The notes beneath the pieces were generated by a model, which saw only the letters and a list, made by a program, of their open reading frames with translations, did no database searches and was not told where the DNA came from. A program made the translations under genes and the position numbers. DNA of 59,274 nt, counting the filler, from Dugesia japonica (Eukaryota): assembly GCA_001938525.1 (NCBI GenBank). It is 5 parts of 5 records of this genome, joined end to end, with 100 filler letters (N's around TTAATTAATTAA, not from the genome) between each part and the next. Parts side by side here need not be neighbours in the genome. Positions count along the whole stretch, not along the records: positions 50,947 to 59,274 come from MQRL01644611.1; 4 more parts are not named here. The stretch is one strand, 5' to 3'. This document shows, piece after piece, positions 50,947 to 59,274 of this stretch (position 1 is the stretch's first letter; each line of letters starts with the position of its first letter).

Positions 50947-53074
50947 TATTTTCTATCGAATAAACAGCTAATATTAACTATAATACCTAAAATAATGTTA
51001 ATGAGAATTTATTATCAATTGAAAATTTATAATATATATGTTGGGCTGAAACAGGCCAGTTATTGAAAATTATGTTTCAAATAAAAATGAACTAACAAAG
51101 AGAAGAGATAATGTCGCCAAGTAGAAAGGAAGTAAGAGAGAAAATTGGAGTAGTAAAAGAGATGATAATGAATAAAATACCAGAACAATTTCATTAAAAG
51201 GATAAATTAAATGGAAATAGAATTAAATGAATGAGAAACAGAATCAAATCAAAATAATNNNNNNNNNNNNNNNNNNNNNNNNNNNNNNNNNNNNNNNNNN
51301 NNNNNNNNNNNNNNNNNNNNNNNNNNNNNNNNNNNNNNNNNNNNNNNNNNNNNNNNNNNNNNNNNNNNNNNNNNNNNNNNNNNNNNNNNNNNNNNGAATT
51401 AATTATGGATACGTAATAACAGGAATGTTGAAGAAATATAACTCAATACCAATTGCTCAAGAAATGATAATACACGATGTAGTGCTCAAAGATGATAATA
51501 ATCAAAGAATTAAAGCATAAATGCTCAAATGATAAAGGTAAAAATAAAGAATTAATAATTAAATAAACTACGGTTCACGAAATAAAAAGAAAATAGAATT
51601 AAAATATGAATTATGCCAAAAGTGATAAAAAGAGATAAACGACGAAAGGAAATCCAAAAGCATCGGAATATGCGATATATTATTATGTATAATTATATGA
51701 ATGTTATAAAAGTATAAATATATAAAAAAGATAGTTAAAATATAATAAAATAATTATTTCATAAAGTAAGATTAAAACAAAAGCAAGTTATAGTAAAAGA
51801 TTTTATTAAAGTCGAACGAGTTTACGAGAACATGGGTAAGACGTGAATTAATATTATTATTATAGAAAGAATGGTATTAGAATTATTGTAATGTTGATAT
51901 AAACATTTATCTTATTATAATAAAAGTAATTGAATAATTAGAAATAATATTATTATTATTTTAGTAAAATATTATTAATTTGGAAGAAGAAAACGAATTT
52001 AAGAAATCAGACTTATATGTAATAAAAAAAATAGCAAGTTAAATTAATATTTCCTATGCATATTGAATTAATTGTAGTTATTCATGTAGAAATCCCATTC
52101 GTAAAATAATAGCAAAGTACTTAAAATTATTATTATTGTATCATAAATATTATTAAAATTATTATTATTGTATCATAAATATTATTAAAATTATTATTAT
52201 CGCATAAATATTATTATTTATATAGAAAGGATTAGAATTTGGAAATAAGAGTTACAGATTATGAAAGATAATTAAAAGTTAAATAAGAATTTTGAAAGCA
52301 TATTAAATTATTTATATTTAATTATGTTAATATTTATAATTATAGTTTAAAAACACAAAAATGAAAATATTATTTTAAATGAAAAATATTATTATTTTAT
52401 TTCGATTCGTGCCGGTCCGATGGTTATGGATTTCATCGGCACCGTTGCACGTTAAAATAGGAATTTTCTATGAATTATATGTGACGGGTGAGCACCGCAC
52501 ATCGTACGTAAATCAAATTTAGATGCATCGGGTGAGCACCGGGCAATCTGCAACAAAATTAATCTGTGTCGGGTAAGCACCGCACACTGTATACAATATC
52601 TACAAAATATTTTATAGTATATGATGCCGATTGAGCACCGGCCATCATACAGAACGACAGAAAATAATGATGAAAATAAAATCATGTCAAAATTTGGATA
52701 TTGTATAAGAATCGGCGAGTGGTCGCTTGATTCAGTGAATTCTAAAAATTGTCAAGTGGCAGCCTACAGTAGCTGTCAAAATGTGATGTTAAAATTCAGT
52801 ATAAAAGCAAACGTTTTTAGACATAAAACTAACTAACTAATCTCTCTGAGAATATATCTCTAACACGTACTAACTTATTGTTAAAAGTTGTAAGTTGTTT
52901 TATTTAATTACAAGGAAATCGTTAAAAGAAGTAATTTTTATTTAATTGTCATTTGATAATAAAATGAATTCATAATTGGGAAGACTGAAAGGAGGACCAG
53001 CATTGTCTAGCAGTGCTAGCAATGATGGTCGTCCTCATTCAGATTTCCACGAGATTGTTCACCATGCTATATAT

Positions 53075-53345
53075 TATGAACTATGTTAGGAAAGATGGTC
53101 GAGAGGTATTATGAAATATGAAAGATGGTCGAGAGATATTATGAACTATTTTATGAAAGATGGTCGAGAGATATTATGAAATATGAAAGATGGTTGAGAG
53201 ACATTATGAACTATGTTACGAAAGATGGTCGAGAGATATTATGAACTATGTTATGAAAGATGTTGAGAGATGTAATCAGATATGTTGATGAAAGATGCTT
53301 AGTGATATTATGGTAAATGTTGGGAGAGATTATAAGAGATGGTTA
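53075..53345. repeat. Minisatellite with alternating 26/35-bp units (gaaagatggtcgagagatattatgaa...)
   Basis: At least six copies of gaaagatggtcgagag-like words. Confidence 0.85.
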
Positions 53346-54487
53346 TGACAATTAAAAATAAAAATAATTCATGTATATGAAAATGATGAGAGTGATATGC
53401 AAGACCATAATTAATAAATGATAATGAGAGATGAATGTTTACGAAAGGAGTGTTCATGATTATGAGAGCTACGTTCACATGAATACCTGATTATGAAATA
53501 TAAAAGAGTTGAGGGAGCTAATAAATTAGAGTCGGTGGTGGTGTGTTTGAGTCCTTTCACGTTGAGTTAATTAATGTACATTTTTACGAATATTGTGTAG
53601 ATTTAATGAAAATATTAATTCGGTTTATACTAATGACTAGTTATTTTGTTACTATTGATTATAAACTATTATTATTACTTAAATTATTTTAAATTGTTGA
53701 TTAATAAATATAAATATTAGATTCTTTAGATCTTATTANTGTTGATCGNAGGAGGACCCTCTGACAGCTGGAAGGATATGGATCATCCATAAACTATTGT
53801 ACAAAGATTAAGCTTAATGATGAGGATGATGACATGATAATTGTTTGGTAATGCCAAGAGATATGAGATAATAATAAGGTAACAATGAAATGTATATGAA
53901 TGTCTGATAACAATCTGATGATCCACATCCATCCATGCTGACAGGTGATCGATGCCTGTAATGTCAGAAGATAATTGTAAATATATTTCTCCATAATAAT
54001 TAGATTCACCCGTTGTATATTATTATTAACATGGTTCTAGAATATTTTACTCTAGATGATGACAACATTCACAAAACAAGGGGCGATGCAGACTCTGGAA
54101 CCAACTGGTTATTCATTCGAGACAAGCGCATGTAACGATATAAGAGTACACCAAATTATTAGAACAGCTTAATAATAAAGTCGAAACAGTACTCCAGCAG
54201 GTGTTAGCGCCATTGGATAACACAAACATTATTGAAACAGTAGTGTGATTATTTTGTTCACTGTAATATAGTTTTCCTTTGAAAGAGTTAACTTATTTAT
54301 AACTGTTTATAATGATTAATAATATCAAATGATTTTGTCATGAGTAACATTAGTGATCTTAAGAATGTCGAGTTAGTTAATGTGAGCTGGGTAAAAATTT
54401 AAATTTCGATATTAATCTAAAGATATAATGTATAAATTATTCTGAAATGAATTACAAATTATACTATTAAGTTGATTATTATTTATA

Positions 54488-54805
54488 GTGTCTGAAACCA
54501 AAAGATCAACAGGTAATTCAATCGCAGACATACGAGCGAAATGGTGTTTGGCTCAAAAAAGACTAAAGACGGAAATCACCGAGTTACAATGTAAAAATTC
54601 TCAAATCCGTGAGAAAATAAGTAAATTAAAAGAACGAGATCTCGCACTATCTCAAACTTGCCGTGCTATGGCGGATATAAACAAAGCATATGCGGACAGG
54701 GAGAGTGTGCTGATCGCGACGGTCCAAACACTAACTCAATCATCCAATCCAGTACCGGAAGTTGCCAAAACAAGATCAAAAGAAATTATCGAACTAGATG
54801 AGTAG
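54488..54805 (+). CDS. Probable terminal exon encoding a coiled-coil segment, unknown protein
   Basis: Preceded by an atttatag acceptor; higher GC than flanks; heptad-like LKTEITELQCKNSQIREKISKLKE. No family recognised. Confidence 0.35.
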   Translation: MSETKRSTGNSIADIRAKWCLAQKRLKTEITELQCKNSQIREKISKLKERDLALSQTCRAMADINKAYADRESVLIATVQTLTQSSNPVPEVAKTRSKEIIELDE

Positions 54806-56797
54806 TGGACATTGAATTTGTGATCAAACTTGCTTAAAAATAAAATCTTTTTATATATTGCATTTCAAATTTCTGATGTTAACATGAATTAATATTGATG
54901 GATTTTTAAAAGAAAACGAGAGCCGGATAGAAAGAAATTGGACCTAAGACGGGATTCAGCATAGTCCTGCTGAATCCGGGAAAGGGGATCGTGTTACTAG
55001 AGAGAGTAACACAAATTTATGTGGTTGTTAGGTGTCATCCCCCAGACAGAACAGATAATCGGAAGAGAAAGCAGTTATGATTAAGAGAATGAAACTAAAA
55101 GCAATAAAATCAAATATTAAAACAACATCAAAAAGCCTAACAACCCAACATATAAAACAATAATAATCATGAATAATCAAAACAAAATATAAATAATTAT
55201 GATATTAAAATGGCATAATTTAATCATGTATTGAACAACTAATTAACTCAACTTGATATTTTTATTAAAAACCGTAAATATTTCTCATACTATAGTCATA
55301 AAACTTTACATTAGAGGAAAATCAACCATCACTTATCAACTGTTAAACATCTATTTCATATATTCATGCTCAATCTCATATTCATGTTGCTAATTCGTGG
55401 ATATTCTTTACCAATTTATCTCACTCATACTAAATATATTTATCTCATAATATCACGTCTCGTTCTCTGCTCAAGATCTTTCAACACTATTCATCTCTTA
55501 AAACATCGCCAACTTTCACTTCTCCCAACAAGATATATTTCCTTCCTTTTAACTATATTTGAATCCCTCATAATACGCAGTCTAAATTTATCATAATCAT
55601 GTTAACAATATTCTACTTCCACAATAGATAAATTCATGGTGGTTGATCTGGTGCAGTGGATATCTAAGTTATGATACCAATACCAACCAGGCTTGCTATG
55701 ACGACCATCACCTCAGTTTTTCGTTTTATAATTGACATAATAATATTATAAATAAATTAAAAAATTTACTTCTTTGATTTCCGTTATCTTTTAGCTTTTC
55801 CGCTGATAATGTAGACGCTACTTAAAATTTCGGTTTATTCAACTAATAAGAGCTACAGAAAATCGAATTTTCAAGACCGATTTTCCACTGATTTTGATTT
55901 CTTTTATACCTTACTGTATCGTCAAGTTTTGACAGATACAGTTGGCGTCCACTTTAGATTTCTGCTAATGCAAGAAATCGTACGCTGCTCACCCGTAGCT
56001 TCCACATAGATGTCCAAATATGGGCGTGATAATTTTTATTTTTTGTTAATTCTGTAGCAGATTATGTGCTCACAGATGCTCTTTATTTTTTTCCTCAAGT
56101 GGAGAGGCTTAAAAAAGTAATATTTTTCTTAAAAAATAATAATTTTCTGAAACTTGCAAGTGTTTTAGAAATAGCGATAACTCCACAATCACATGCAAAT
56201 ACAAACATATCAATCCTAAATTCTTACATAAAATCATCAGACCTTATAATACAATTCTTGTGCTTAAACCTGTCTCATAATCTATTATTTTATTACTTAT
56301 AATGATCATGATGATTTATTCTGTTTTTCCCTCTATAATTTCTTTCTAAAATATCAAAATATTTTAATATAATTATTTGTTTTAATCTTTCTTTTTCTCT
56401 CATCAATATAATTTTATTTTTAATACATGGATACTTTCAACACATTTATACAAATTATAAATAATAATAGATATCCCTTGTTTTATTGACATTCTTTTTT
56501 TCGATCACTTTGAATTATTTTCTGAGCACATTTTACCTTAGTCATCTAATTATTGATTATCTTCAATTATTGTATATTTTAATATTATATCAATTCTTCG
56601 TTTTCTCGACAGCTTTTTACAACTTTATTTTCTTTTAATAATTTTACCCTAGATTTTGTTTGATATTTCTTACACTTTTTAACTTCAGTTATTATTATTT
56701 AATGATCGTTTCCTTATTATTTCATAGATCAATATTTCTTTTTTTCTCATTATTTATTTATTTATTTATTTTATTCATTTTCTTATTACTCTTTAAT

Positions 56798-57760
56798 TTA
56801 TTTCCTTCTATAATTTTCATATTTTACGAAAGGCTGTTTCAGCCCAACAGAATGTCCCCTTAAAATAAATCGTTCACCCGTCTGTATCTGCATTCTAAAT
56901 TTTGCATCGATGTTGCAAAATAGTTTTTCTCGATGATTATTGATGTCTACCTTGCACTTGTTTTGAAGATGATACTCAAAAATATTCTGAAAATTCCCTC
57001 CACTAATTAGATCTGGTAATAGTTTCTTTACTATTATAAATTTTACTTCCTTGCACATCTCTAAAACCACAGCTTTCACACGTATCTTTCCAATTGTCTC
57101 CAATGAGCTGTTATTCGCGCAATACAATAATTCCTCGCTTTTTTCTAATATAGTCTCTTTGAGTCTACTAAATCCTTTCATACTCGTTGCATTTATTTTC
57201 GATCCTGTATCTAACAAACAATCAAACTGTTCACTGGGTATTCTCTTCTCGGATCTTCATTTTCTATTATGCTTCCAGAAAATATATCTTCATTCTCCTC
57301 ATCATCTTCTTCTCGAATGGTATGAATTTGTTTGGTCCAACTCCAATTTTTTGTTTGTTGTCCGCTTTTAAAATGTATCTTCTCTCATCTAGTCACATTC
57401 TTCCGCTCTGTGACCCAGTCTTTTACATCTACCGCATACAATTTATGTGCACATCCTTCTGATGTGACCAATCTTACCACACCCAAAACATTTTGGTGGC
57501 TTCTTGTCTGGAAATTTTCTACTTAAATGCTTTTTTTTGTGACAAGTCCAACTTCCACATGAAAATTTTTTGGACACTCTATTTTATATGCCCATAACTC
57601 TGGCATGTCCAACACCGTGGTTCTGTTCTTTTCGTAACTTTCTCAAGGCGGTTTGACAGGTCAGCGATGTAAAAATTCGATTTTATGAGTGAAAATTTGT
57701 TTAATATGTTCAGCCTGTTTTTTGACAATGATATCGAGTTTTTTGATTCTGTTTCGCTGC
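56798..57760 (-). mobile_element. Decayed Ty3/gypsy gag-protease region
   Basis: Several CCHC knuckles (CWTCQSYGH, CFGCGKIGHIRRMC, CGRCKRLGHRAEEC) and the aspartic protease motif CLLDTGS. Confidence 0.8.
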
Positions 57761-59076
57761 GTAAGGTGGCGCAAAAGAGCACGTTCATTTTGGCGCTTAA
57801 TGTAACGCTCTAATAAAAGCTTTTGATTCCATAGAAAATATATTCATAAAACAAAAGTATTAACACAAATTTACTTTTTTCAAACAAATTTAAAAATTCA
57901 TACTCAAAAATGGAAAATATAAAATAATAGTATTTTGTAAAATATTTTTATGATACAAATTTAAATATTTGACAAAACTGATTTCAATAAATTTCGTCTT
58001 AAAATACAACTATCTTATATTATATACCACCGAAAATTTATATAAAGTGACCCATAAAGCTAAATACCACATTTTGTTATTAATTTTAATTGAACCAGTT
58101 TTGGCATTTTATTTATACAAATTTACCAGCGATTAGCAATAGTTTTATTGCTTAATCTTTGTAGTAATTAAAATTGCGAAAAAGTATACGTCGAATGAAT
58201 GCTTTAAGAATAAATAAAAATTCTGAAAATATTGAATAACCAAAAATGATCCCCGAGAAATTTTTAAATATAATCATAAAAATCATTTTGGAAAATTTGG
58301 GTTTTTCATCATTTACATATGTATATCAATTATTGAATTTTAACAAAAGATGCAATCGGTACACTAATTGATGAAATGTCTAACTTAAATTCAGGAATTT
58401 TATGTAAACTGCGATAACTATATTTGTTAAAGTATGTCTAATAGAAAAATAGTAATTAAAAATTTTAAACTTCATACTCAAAATTTCCAGAATAAATTAC
58501 AACTTTAAATAGAAATAAAAATTTTGTTTTCAATTTAATTTATCAATTGTTTAAAAATAGATAACACACAATGACAATTACGAAACATGGTTACGTCAAA
58601 CTTTTTTCTCTAAATTCATGCTTTAGAACTTAATTTACAGTTAAAAATCACAATGTTTAATTACATAATTTAATAAAATGCCATCATCTTGTTTAAACAT
58701 AATTATGTAAACATTACTATAAACACTTTAATTAATTAGTTAAATTCAAACGAAAACTACTAACCAAAATATTTATTTATAAAAATACAGTATTGATGAT
58801 CCACCTAAATTTAATTGAAAGTTGAATAGCATCACATCACATTTTTCGATAATCCAATATCGGCTCAAGATATCAATTCATACCAAATTCAACATCTTTA
58901 GAGTTCGATCTTGCTTACCATCATGGGTTTCAAAATAAAAATTTAAATTATGACCAGTGAAATACATTTATAAATTTTAATTATTTAAAACAGGTACATC
59001 GTATTTGTTAATTTCTCGGCAATGCTTCTTAATAAAAATGCATTAGAATGTAATACCGACAAAGCAAATATTAGTA

Positions 59077-59274
59077 TTAATCATAATTGTCTCCATGTCC
59101 TTTATTTCTGTTATCATAACCACCAGAGTAACTTCCTCTGCCACTACTGCGTTGTCCTCCTCTACTTGAACCCATATCTTTTTGGCCGTACGATTGACCA
59201 CCTTTAGAATTACCATACCCACGACTATTATATCCTTGACCCTGTTGTCGTCGTCTATCACCCTCGGTATTTTC
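59077..59274 (-). CDS. C-terminal RG/GY-rich low-complexity tail of a probable RNA-binding protein (gene continues beyond the window)
   Basis: Frame not in the track: ENTEGDRRRQQGQGYNSRGYGNSKGGQSYGQKDMGSSRGGQRSSGRGSYSGGYDNRNKGHGDNYD*. Confidence 0.65.
   Translation of the reverse strand, partial: ENTEGDRRRQQGQGYNSRGYGNSKGGQSYGQKDMGSSRGGQRSSGRGSYSGGYDNRNKGHGDNYD

Noticed and set aside
52485-52640. CRISPR-like repeat-spacer pattern (CGGGTGAGCACCG)
   Set aside because: Repeats are only 13 bp with irregular spacing, the context is eukaryotic and there are no cas genes.

Overview
Very AT-rich, intron-containing animal genomic DNA from a draft assembly. The innexin N-terminus and the short introns suggest a planarian-type flatworm, but this is inference only. 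Four artificial 100-nt spacers (44 N + TTAATTAATTAA + 44 N) split the window into five blocks whose physical linkage is uncertain. Host genes: a 7-exon double C-type lectin, TMEM69, the 3' exons of a coiled-coil/IQ-like gene, a 2-exon innexin and the 3' end of an RG/GY-rich protein. The main feature is an ~11-kb endogenous Polinton/Maverick (adintovirus-like) segment at ~33.8-44.8 kb, with eight genes on the minus strand: C2H2-ZnF/OTU-like/EndoVII protein-primed PolB, pX/pVI-like core protein, a conserved Polinton protein, minor capsid (penton), adenain protease, a ~920-aa fibre-like protein with four tandem copies of a domain I do not recognise, a 2-TM membrane protein and an acidic-repeat protein. 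It is disabled by four in-frame TAA stops and two A-run frameshifts; integrase, packaging ATPase and major capsid are not visible. Two DNA-level signals inside it stand out: a TTTTTA-n-TAAGAAAT motif at gene starts (resembling the baculovirus late promoter) and a GC-rich CCCARAGGGACCC motif dispersed through coding sequences in different reading frames. Elsewhere are a relic major-capsid gene of a second Maverick next to an inverted-repeat block, decayed hAT, piggyBac, Penelope and Ty3/gypsy elements, and several tandem repeats.
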